Origin: an uncultured Planctomycetaceae bacterium
Lineage (GTDB): Bacteria; Planctomycetota; Planctomycetia; Pirellulales; UBA1268
Assembly (NCBI GenBank): GCA_903885565.1
Contig: CAISJI010000055.1
Span: 1,563 to 65,562 of the forward strand
Length of the DNA stretch: 64,000 bases
Direction: 5' to 3'
Positions 35,781-43,494 of the stretch are shown here, one piece after another. The notes below the pieces were generated by a model that worked only from the letters and a program-made list of their open reading frames with translations, did not search any database and was not told the DNA's origin. The stretch's first letter is position 1. Every line of letters starts with the position of its first letter. The position numbers and the translations under genes are program-made.

Positions 35781-35805
35781 GACCACTGTACATGACCAGT
35801 GTACA
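35781..35805 (-). promoter_or_regulatory. tandem operator-like repeats directly upstream of the antitoxin start
   Basis: GACCACTGTACA (35781-35792) and GACCAGTGTACA (35794-35805), each containing the palindrome TGTACA. They begin 3 nt from the start codon (35776-35778). Confidence 0.4.
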
Positions 35806-35970
35806 AGAGACAAGACCCGGCCGACCGGACCGAGGCCGGCGCCCGAACCTCACCGGCAGCGACGGGTTGCACTTTTCGACCGGCGTTCACACTCTCCTCC
35901 GCAGCCACGCTCGCGATGCGGTGTACACGCATCCCGCAGGTGGGCATCATGATGGCCGGGAGTGGCGTTA

Positions 35971-36069
35971 TTTGGAGAGGTGGCAGAGCGGTCGAATGCG
36001 CGTCTTTGCTAAAGACGTGTCCGGTCAAAAGCTGGACCGCGGGTTCGAATCCCGCCCTCTCCGTTTGGT
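35971..36069 (+). repeat. 99-bp direct repeat, copy 2
   Basis: Identical by eye to 34919-35017. Confidence 0.85.
35974..36063 (+). tRNA. tRNA-Ser (anticodon GCU), copy 2, identical to copy 1
   Basis: Same 90-nt sequence as 34922-35011. Confidence 0.92.
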
Positions 36070-36071
36070 CG

Positions 36072-37028
36072 TTATCCATTCCCCATCAGCGCCCGCACAT
36101 GGCTGGCGGCCGCGGCGGCCAGACCGGAGAGGTTGTAGCCCCCCTCAAGCGTCGAGATGAGTCGCCCGCCGCAATGTGCCGCCGCGATCTCCTTCATGAT
36201 CCCGGTCAGTTCGGCGAAGTCCTCATCGGTGAGCCTGAAGCCACCGAGCGGGTCGTCGATCCGGGAATCGAAGCCGGCCGACACGAGCACAAGCTCTGGC
36301 TTGAAGGCCTCCGCTGCCCGGATGAGCCGCTCCCGAAAGGCCCCGACGATCTCCTTCCGCCCGGCGCCGGCCGGAAAAGGGCAGTTGATGTTCAATCCGA
36401 GACCCGCTCCCCGGCCCGTCTCAGCCGCAGCCCCCGTGCCGGGATAGAGCGGATGCTGGTGCGTGTCGAAAAACAGCACCGTGCCGTCCTCATAAAAGAT
36501 CTCCTGCGTACCGTTGCCGTGGTGAACATCCCAATCGGCGATAAGCACCCGCCGCACACCGTGCTGTGCCTGCGCATACCGGGCGGCAATCGCGATGCTG
36601 TTGAAGATGCAAAAGCCCATGCCGTGTGTCGGCGTAGCGTGGTGCCCGGGAGGCCGGACGAGCGCACAGGCATTGCGCACTTGGCCCGCCAGCACTGCAT
36701 CGACGGCAGCCAGAAGACCGCCGGCCGCCAGTCTGGCAACTTCCAGCGACCGTGCGGAAAGGGGAGTATCGCCAGTCGAGAGCCGGCGCTCGCCATCAGC
36801 CACATCCTCGGCCACGATCCGCAGGTAGGTCTTCGAGTGGCAGCGCAGCAGGTCCGCATCGGTGGCCAGTCGCGGAGCGATCTGGAGCGTCCTCTCGAAC
36901 AATCCCTCCTCCCGCAGTCGGTCGAGAATCGCTGTCACGCGGGCAGGCTGCTCGGGATGGCCCCCTCCCGTGAGGTGCTGAAGATAAGCCTCTGAAACGA
37001 CAAGCGCGGTAGGAGGTGTGGCAGCCAT
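36072..37028 (-). CDS. histone deacetylase-family (AcuC/HDAC-like) amidohydrolase
   Basis: RPPGHHA, GFCIFNSIAIAARYA, DWDVHHGNGTQEIF and SAGFD are class I/II HDAC motifs. Confidence 0.85.
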   Translation of the reverse strand: MAATPPTALVVSEAYLQHLTGGGHPEQPARVTAILDRLREEGLFERTLQIAPRLATDADLLRCHSKTYLRIVAEDVADGERRLSTGDTPLSARSLEVARLAAGGLLAAVDAVLAGQVRNACALVRPPGHHATPTHGMGFCIFNSIAIAARYAQAQHGVRRVLIADWDVHHGNGTQEIFYEDGTVLFFDTHQHPLYPGTGAAAETGRGAGLGLNINCPFPAGAGRKEIVGAFRERLIRAAEAFKPELVLVSAGFDSRIDDPLGGFRLTDEDFAELTGIMKEIAAAHCGGRLISTLEGGYNLSGLAAAAASHVRALMGNG

Positions 37029-37084
37029 GCCCGCAGCCTATCAGTGGGCGATTCAACCTGCGATCGCAGGCCTGCGTCAGCCTG

Positions 37085-38089
37085 CTAGCGCCGTTTTTGC
37101 AGGTCGCGAATGACCTTCAAGATGTCGGCGGGGAGCGGACTGGAAAAGCGCAGGTCGGCACCGCTGACCGGATGCACAAACCCCAGCTCAGCGGCATGGA
37201 GCGCCACCCGGGGGGCGTTGGATTCGTCCTTCGCCTCGCAATGCCGCGGCGGGGCATAAACCCGCTCGCCACATACCACGTGGCCTGTCTCGGCCATATG
37301 GATCCGGATCTGGTGCGTGCGGCCTGTCTCCAGCCGGCATTCCACCAGCGTGTAGGCATCGCCGAAATGCTGGACCGGGGCCACATGCGTGACAGAGTGC
37401 TTTCCCTCTTCGGTTTCTGATGAACCGCGCCGGCCATCCCCCCGGTCGCGCACGAGATTCGTCATGATCGTTCCCGCGGCAACCTTTCCCACGCACACCG
37501 CGAGATAACGCCGGTGGGTGGTGTGGGCCCGAAACTGCTCCGCGAGAATCCGCTCCGCAGGCACACTGCGCGCAAAGACCACCAGCCCGCTGGTCTCCCG
37601 ATCGATGCGATGCACAGCGCGCACCGGCGGCACCCGCCGGACTTTTACGCGCTTCTCGCCGCGCGCGGCCCGCCGGGGAGCGTGGGCGGCGAGATAGCGG
37701 GAGATCGCTGCGGGTACGAGCTCATCGAGCGTGGGCTGCAACTGCCGGCGCCGCGTCGGCCACGAAAGCTCCTCGGTGTGGCGGGTTGTCGTCACCCCTG
37801 GCGGCTTATCGACGACCACCACGTCATCATCGAGATACACAACCTGCACATCATCCGCCTTGGGCAGAGGGGGCGCCGCTGCGGCGAGCACCTTCACAAC
37901 CTCGCCATCTTTCAGCCGCCGGGCCACATCGGTGCAGATGTTGCCATGAACCATCACATGCCGCGATCGCACCAGTTTTTGGACGCTCGACCAACTGGCG
38001 CCGTCGGTTTTCGAGCGCAGAAACGCCGCCAGCGTCTGCCCCTGATCGGTGGCGCTGACATGGTGTACGGTGCCCATCGAAGGCTTCAT
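37085..38089 (-). CDS. rluD: RluA-family 23S rRNA pseudouridine synthase (RluD-like, with S4 domain)
   Basis: VVVVDKPPGVTTT, HRIDRETSGLVVFARS (catalytic Asp motif), YLAVCVG, RTHQIRIHMA. Start taken at MKPSMGTV (38089); the track ORF extends to 38209. Confidence 0.8.
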   Translation of the reverse strand: MKPSMGTVHHVSATDQGQTLAAFLRSKTDGASWSSVQKLVRSRHVMVHGNICTDVARRLKDGEVVKVLAAAAPPLPKADDVQVVYLDDDVVVVDKPPGVTTTRHTEELSWPTRRRQLQPTLDELVPAAISRYLAAHAPRRAARGEKRVKVRRVPPVRAVHRIDRETSGLVVFARSVPAERILAEQFRAHTTHRRYLAVCVGKVAAGTIMTNLVRDRGDGRRGSSETEEGKHSVTHVAPVQHFGDAYTLVECRLETGRTHQIRIHMAETGHVVCGERVYAPPRHCEAKDESNAPRVALHAAELGFVHPVSGADLRFSSPLPADILKVIRDLQKRR

Positions 38090-38213
38090 GGTGGTCCTTG
38101 GTGCTGTCGCCCGCCGGCCGGGGGGTAAACTGGGGGTGAAACGATGAATATACCCTGCCGCCCGGAGCACAGCTTGCCGAATTGGGTCCACGCCAGCCCC
38201 GAACGCCAATCGC

Positions 38214-38241
38214 TTGACCGGTTTTTTCGCGGTTTTACACT
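38214..38241 (+). promoter_or_regulatory. sigma70-like promoter candidate for purA operon
   Basis: TTGACC (38214-38219), 16-nt spacer, TACACT (38236-38241), ~80 nt upstream of the purA GTG start. Confidence 0.3.
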
Positions 38242-38319
38242 CAAGTCCTGTGTCTGTCGCCGTGCGGTGGCCTCAGGGCCCCGTCTTCTTGTTCGCCCTT
38301 CCCACGAGGATCCCCAACA

Positions 38320-39687
38320 GTGCCCGGTACCTGCGTCATCGGTCTGCAATGGGGTGACGAGGCCAAAGGCAAGCTCGTCGACATCCTCACTGAAGACCAC
38401 GATCTGGTCGTCCGCTACCAAGGTGGCGCCAACGCCGGCCATACCGTCGTCTCCGGGGGCCAAACCTGGAAACTCTCGCTCATCCCCAGCGGCATTCTCC
38501 GCGACGGCATCACCTGCATCGTCACCGGCGGCGTCGTGCTCGATCCGGCGAGTGTCATCCGCGAAATGGATGGCCTGGAATCCCGCGGCGTGAAGATCGG
38601 TTCCAAACTGCTCCTGAGCGATCGGGCTCATGTTGTTTTTCCCTGGCACATCGCTGAAGACAAGGTGCTCGACGGCAGCGTGTCGGGTGGGGAAGCCATC
38701 GGCACCACCGGCCGGGGCATCGGCCCCTGCTACCGCGACAAGGTCGGCCGCTCGCTGGCAATCCGTCTGGGGGATCTCTATCGCGACGATTTCCGCGCGA
38801 AACTCGAGCACATCGTCGCCGTCAAACGCCGCCTGCTCGCCGGCTGGCAGCAGTCGGGCCCGGCGGGGGGAACGCCCGACGCAGCCGAACTCGACGCCGC
38901 CGCGATCCACCGGCAATACATGGCCTACGCCGAGCGACTCAGGCCCCATGTCGCCGACACGACCGCCGTTCTCCTCGACGGCGTCGAAGCGGGCAAGCGA
39001 CTGCTCTTCGAGGGAGCCCAAGGCGCCCTGCTCGATATCGACCACGGCACGTTTCCCTATGTCACCAGCAGCAACTCCTCCGGCGTGGGCGTGGCGAGCG
39101 GTTCGGGAGTGCCGGGACGGTGGGTCGACCGGGTGATCGGGGTCGTGAAGGCCTATTCGACCCGCGTGGGAGGTGGCCCGCTCCCCACCGAGCAGATCAA
39201 CGCTTTCGGTGAGCACATGCGGGAACGGGGCCGGGAGTATGGCACCGTCACCATGCGGCCCCGCCGCTGCGGTTGGTTCGATGCCGTGGCGGCCCGCTAC
39301 ACCGCCCGCCTCTCTGGCGTGGACGAACTGGCCGTGATGCTGCTCGATGTGCTCTCGGAACTCAAGGAAGTTCGCATCTGCTCCGCCTACACAATCGGCG
39401 GCAAACGCGTCACGCAGTTCCCCAGCCACGTCGATGACCTGCGACAGGCGGAGCCGATCTACGAGACGCTCCCCGGCTGGAGCGAAGACCTCACCACTGT
39501 GCGCAGCTATGAGGCTTTGCCGGCCAATGCCCGGGCGTATCTGGACCGCATCAGCGAACTGCTCGGGCGCCCGGTGACGATCGTGTCGGTTGGTCCCGAC
39601 CGCGAACAGACCATCTTCCGCGCTCCCTCGGTCGCCCCGCGCCACCCAGCGCCACGACACCCGCTCCCCACACCGGCCAAAGCGTGA
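38320..39687 (+). CDS. purA: adenylosuccinate synthase
   Basis: VIGLQWGDEAKGKLVD, YQGGANAGHTV, TTGRGIGPCY, GTTGRG and FEGAQGALLDIDHGTFPYVTSS are canonical PurA motifs. Confidence 0.95.
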   Translation: MPGTCVIGLQWGDEAKGKLVDILTEDHDLVVRYQGGANAGHTVVSGGQTWKLSLIPSGILRDGITCIVTGGVVLDPASVIREMDGLESRGVKIGSKLLLSDRAHVVFPWHIAEDKVLDGSVSGGEAIGTTGRGIGPCYRDKVGRSLAIRLGDLYRDDFRAKLEHIVAVKRRLLAGWQQSGPAGGTPDAAELDAAAIHRQYMAYAERLRPHVADTTAVLLDGVEAGKRLLFEGAQGALLDIDHGTFPYVTSSNSSGVGVASGSGVPGRWVDRVIGVVKAYSTRVGGGPLPTEQINAFGEHMRERGREYGTVTMRPRRCGWFDAVAARYTARLSGVDELAVMLLDVLSELKEVRICSAYTIGGKRVTQFPSHVDDLRQAEPIYETLPGWSEDLTTVRSYEALPANARAYLDRISELLGRPVTIVSVGPDREQTIFRAPSVAPRHPAPRHPLPTPAKA

Positions 39688-40424
39688 ACGCCACACCGCA
39701 CGCCGGCGCTTCAGAAGCGGGAAAACCGCGGCACGTCGCCATCATTATGGATGGCAACGGTCGCTGGGCGCAGCAGCGCGGCCTGCCGCGGATCGAGGGG
39801 CATCGCCGGGGCGTGGCGAGCGTGCGGCGCATCACGGAGCACTGCGTCGAGGCTGGCATCGAGCAACTCACGCTCTACTGTCTCTCGAGCGAGAACTGGC
39901 GGCGGCCGCCGACGGAACTCTCCTTCCTGATGCATCTGCTGGAGCAGTACATGATCGAGGAGCGGGCGCTTCTCTTGCGACAGGGGATCAGCGTCTCGAT
40001 GATCGGCAGCCGCGCGGGAATCCCGGCCGCCACGCTCGAGGCGATCGACCAAACACATGCTCTGTGCGCCGGAAACCAGCGCATGCACCTCTGCCTGGCG
40101 ATCAACTACGGCGCCCGCGCTGAAATCACGGGCGCCGTGCGGCGGTTGGTGCGCGAAGCGCAGGAAGGGACGATTCTTGCCGACGACATCGACGAGCAGA
40201 TGGTGGCTGCCAGGCTCGATACCGCCGGCCAGCCCGATCCCGATCTGCTCATCCGCACCGCAGGCGAGATGCGGGTAAGCAATTTTCTCCTCTGGCAGAT
40301 CAGCTACGCAGAACTCTGGGTCACAGACACCCTCTGGCCCGATTTCGCTGCAGCCGATCTCGACGCGGCAATCCGTTCCTACTCCTCGCGGGTGCGCCGC
40401 TTTGGAGGGCTTTCCCCGTCGTGA
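39684..40424 (+). CDS. uppS: isoprenyl transferase / undecaprenyl-diphosphate synthase
   Basis: PRHVAIIMDGNGRWA, GHRRG, LTLYCLSSENWRRP, RTAGEMRVSNFLLWQISYAE. GTGA overlap with the purA stop. Confidence 0.9.
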   Translation: MNATPHAGASEAGKPRHVAIIMDGNGRWAQQRGLPRIEGHRRGVASVRRITEHCVEAGIEQLTLYCLSSENWRRPPTELSFLMHLLEQYMIEERALLLRQGISVSMIGSRAGIPAATLEAIDQTHALCAGNQRMHLCLAINYGARAEITGAVRRLVREAQEGTILADDIDEQMVAARLDTAGQPDPDLLIRTAGEMRVSNFLLWQISYAELWVTDTLWPDFAAADLDAAIRSYSSRVRRFGGLSPS

Positions 40425-41365
40425 TGCACTCCCTTTCCGATCATCCTGCAGATCCCCAGGCCCGGCCTGCCACCCAGCCTCTGTCGCGGGTCATTGTGTC
40501 TGTGTTGCTGGTTGGCACGTTCGGGCTTTTGGCGTGGGCCGATGCCACAGCGTTCTTGGCTGCCCCGCCGGCGTGGTGGCTGTTGCCGGTGGCGCTGGTG
40601 CTCTGCCTGGGGGGCACGGATGAGATGGGGCGATTGTTCGCCGCCCATGGAGTTGTGCTGCCGATGCGGTGGCTGCAACTGGTCACTCTGGCGATCCCTC
40701 TGGCAGCGGCGGGCGGAGCAGGAGTTTTTAGATCTCTGGCAACCGGCGGCAGCCCTCCCACCGCGATCGGCTGGGCGGCCACCGCCCTCATGCTGGCCGT
40801 TGGCAGTTTGTTTGTGCTGGAAATTCTGCGCTACCGGCCGCAGTCGGGGGCGCTTGAGCGAGTCGGCGGCGGGATTCTGGTGCTGGCGTTCGTAGGACTG
40901 CCGCTGGCGTTTGTCGTCAGCCTGCGACTGCTGGGGGGCGACCCTTCCGCCGATCCAAGCGCCCTTGGCATCCTGCCGCTGGTGAGCACGGTGGCTGTGG
41001 TGAAGGCGGGCGACATCGCAGCCTATCTGGTCGGGTCGGCGATCGGCCGGCACCGCATGGCCCCCCGCTTAAGCCCGGGCAAAACCTGGCAGGGAGCGGC
41101 AGCCTCGCTCGTCGCCTCCGTGGCCACCGCAGGGCTACTGCTGGGGCATCTGGAGTTTCGCCTGCCGCTGGCCTGGGCGCTCTTCGGCTTGGGTGTGGGC
41201 ATGGCCGGGATGTGCGGCGATCTGGCTGAATCGCTGATCAAGCGGGAGACCGGCGCCAAAGATTCGGGCCGATCGCTCGGCGGGCTCGGGGGAGTGCTCG
41301 ATCTGTGCGATTCACTCCTCTTCGCCGCTCCGATGGCGTGGCTGTTCTGGAATGTCGCCAGCTGA
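40421..41365 (+). CDS. cdsA: phosphatidate cytidylyltransferase
   Basis: GDIAAYLVGSAIGRHRMAPRLSPGKTWQGAAAS and GDLAESLIKRETGAKDSG...GGVLD match the CdsA signature. ATGA overlap with the uppS stop. Confidence 0.85.
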   Translation: MMHSLSDHPADPQARPATQPLSRVIVSVLLVGTFGLLAWADATAFLAAPPAWWLLPVALVLCLGGTDEMGRLFAAHGVVLPMRWLQLVTLAIPLAAAGGAGVFRSLATGGSPPTAIGWAATALMLAVGSLFVLEILRYRPQSGALERVGGGILVLAFVGLPLAFVVSLRLLGGDPSADPSALGILPLVSTVAVVKAGDIAAYLVGSAIGRHRMAPRLSPGKTWQGAAASLVASVATAGLLLGHLEFRLPLAWALFGLGVGMAGMCGDLAESLIKRETGAKDSGRSLGGLGGVLDLCDSLLFAAPMAWLFWNVAS

Positions 41366-41513
41366 AGCTCTGGCCCGTTCCTCCACCCCGCAGCCTTCTG
41401 TGACTCACTTGCATCCTGCGAGCCACGATCAATCCAAACCCCGGAGCCAGCCGCGGCTCTGGGCGCCGTTTTGAAAGTGCAGTGTGCGGCGGGCGGCGGG
41501 CCACGGCTCACGC

Positions 41514-42143
41514 TCACTCGATACATTCAGCCGCTACAACCGCGCGAAATTCTCTGATGAGGGCGGTCTCGCCTTGGTCAAAACGTCTGGCCAGAAAGGC
41601 GTCGATCCGCGCGGCAGAAAGCCCCGGCAGGCCGCTGCTCGAACCGATCGGCGCATAGCCTCCGTCACTCTTCGCCAGCATCGTCAACTGAGTGCCGTCA
41701 TGCCGCCAAACCTCCGGCACTCCCATCGCGGCGAAGAGTTTCAGCTTGGCGATCGCCGACTTCGTGATCTCAACCTCGATCACCAGATCGGGGGGCGGAT
41801 CGACGAGGAGATCGACCTCATCGCGGGGCCGGATTTCGTCGGCATGGGCGATGTAATAGGACTCGTCCCCCTCGAACGCCCGGTCGAGATCCCACCGTTT
41901 AAAGGTGGTCGACGCGCAACTGAGGATCTCGATGCCGCGAACTTCTGAGAAGGCTTCGACCATCCGACCGATCAGACGACCGATCTGTTCGTGCTGGCGG
42001 CGGGGCGTCATGAGCTCGAGCACTCCTTGGTCGTAGGTCATCCGCGGCACACTGCCACTGCGGGCGTCGGCCATTTCCAAGAACGTCTCCCAGCGGATGT
42101 TCTCCAGCAGGGTGCGGGTTTCTGCGGAAGCGACCAACGACAT
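41514..42143 (-). CDS. Uma2 family (DUF820) putative endonuclease
   Basis: RMTYDQGVLELMTP, E..D.SYYI, PPDLVIEVEITKSA and GVPEVWRHDG are typical Uma2 motifs. Start at MSLVASAE (42143). Confidence 0.75.
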   Translation of the reverse strand: MSLVASAETRTLLENIRWETFLEMADARSGSVPRMTYDQGVLELMTPRRQHEQIGRLIGRMVEAFSEVRGIEILSCASTTFKRWDLDRAFEGDESYYIAHADEIRPRDEVDLLVDPPPDLVIEVEITKSAIAKLKLFAAMGVPEVWRHDGTQLTMLAKSDGGYAPIGSSSGLPGLSAARIDAFLARRFDQGETALIREFRAVVAAECIE

Positions 42144-42513
42144 CAGGAAACCTCCTCGGCGAACGATACGGCTGGGCGACGGGCAGGCGACTGAGGCACA
42201 AGACAACTCACGACAGGGCGCATACTGAACAGAATACCAGTGGCGCCACCGGGATCAAGCGATCTGTCCGTAAGAAAATTCCTCCCTGCACTTTTCCAAC
42301 TCGATCGACAGCCGCCCCAAGCCAGCTGCGGATCGACCGATCCGCAGCCTGCCCGGCCACGCGGGGCAAAGGGCGAAAACGGTCTGATTTCTGGGAAATT
42401 TCGCGGTTTGCGCGCAGGGGCTGAAGTCGGCAGCGGGATTTCAGGTATGCTTACGAAGGTTTTCCTCCCCTTCCTTTCGAGACCGCAGGCGCCCTGATGC
42501 GTCGCGGGCTCCG

Positions 42514-43476
42514 ATGTCCCGCACGACAATCGCGGTTGTCGATTCAAAACGCATCTTGGCCATCTTTGGGCCGAGAGATCAGCACCTTCGCCGGATTCGC
42601 TCAGCGCTTGGCGTCGGCGTGTCAGCCCGGGCAGACTCCATCTGCATTGAAGGAGATGAGCCGGCGGTTCTGCGTGCCACCGCCGTCTTCGAGCATCTCG
42701 ACCGCATTGCCCGCTCCGCAGGATCGGTCGACGCGGACCAGGTCACTCAACTCCTCGCCCAAGCCACCGGCCAACCGACGGCGGTGCCGCACGACCCCAT
42801 CGAGGTGCAACGCCCCGGTCGGCAGGTACTCCCGCGCACCGCCGGGCAATCGGCCTACGTGCAGGCGATCCGCGAACACGACGTCGTGCTCTGCTCAGGC
42901 CCCGCCGGCAGCGGCAAGACGTTTCTCGCCGTCGCCATGGCCGTGTCGCAATTGCGGGCTGAAACGGTGCGCAAGATCGTGCTGGTGAGGCCGGCTGTCG
43001 AGGCTGGGGAGAGCCTTGGATTCCTCCCTGGCGACCTGCAGGCCAAGATCAATCCCTACCTGCGGCCGCTGCTCGATGCGATGCGGGAGATGATGGATTT
43101 CGAACTGCTCAAACGGTTGGGCGAGCAGGATGTCGTGGAGATGATTCCGCTGGCCTACATGCGCGGCCGCACGCTCAACAACGCATTCATCATTCTGGAT
43201 GAAGCTCAGAACACGACCGTGGCCCAGATGAAGATGTTTCTCACCCGGCTGGGCGTGGGCTCCAAGATGGTGATTTCCGGCGACACGACGCAGGTCGATC
43301 TGCCCTCCAATCGCGACAGCGGTCTGGTCGATGCCATGCAGCGGTTGCAGGGCGTGCCCGGCTGCACGTGCGTCCGGCTCAGCGGCAGCGACATCGTGCG
43401 GCACCCGTTGGTGCAGCGCATCGTGCAGGCCTACGACGGCGATGGACACCCGGAGGAACGCCCGCGGCGCCGCTAG
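42514..43476 (+). CDS. phoH: PhoH family ATPase
   Basis: VVLCSGPAGSGKTFLAVAMAV, RPAVEAGESLGFLPGD, FIILDEAQNTT, SGDTTQVDLP. Confidence 0.9.
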   Translation: MSRTTIAVVDSKRILAIFGPRDQHLRRIRSALGVGVSARADSICIEGDEPAVLRATAVFEHLDRIARSAGSVDADQVTQLLAQATGQPTAVPHDPIEVQRPGRQVLPRTAGQSAYVQAIREHDVVLCSGPAGSGKTFLAVAMAVSQLRAETVRKIVLVRPAVEAGESLGFLPGDLQAKINPYLRPLLDAMREMMDFELLKRLGEQDVVEMIPLAYMRGRTLNNAFIILDEAQNTTVAQMKMFLTRLGVGSKMVISGDTTQVDLPSNRDSGLVDAMQRLQGVPGCTCVRLSGSDIVRHPLVQRIVQAYDGDGHPEERPRRR

Positions 43477-43494
43477 GCTGTCGCCCCCACCACC

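Noticed and set aside
35799-36995. 398-aa plus-strand ORF
   Set aside because: It runs through the second tRNA and antisense to the HDAC-family gene, whose minus-strand product has all the catalytic motifs.
38086-39696. 536-aa ORF on the minus strand
   Set aside because: It is antisense to purA, whose plus-strand translation matches canonical adenylosuccinate synthase motifs throughout.
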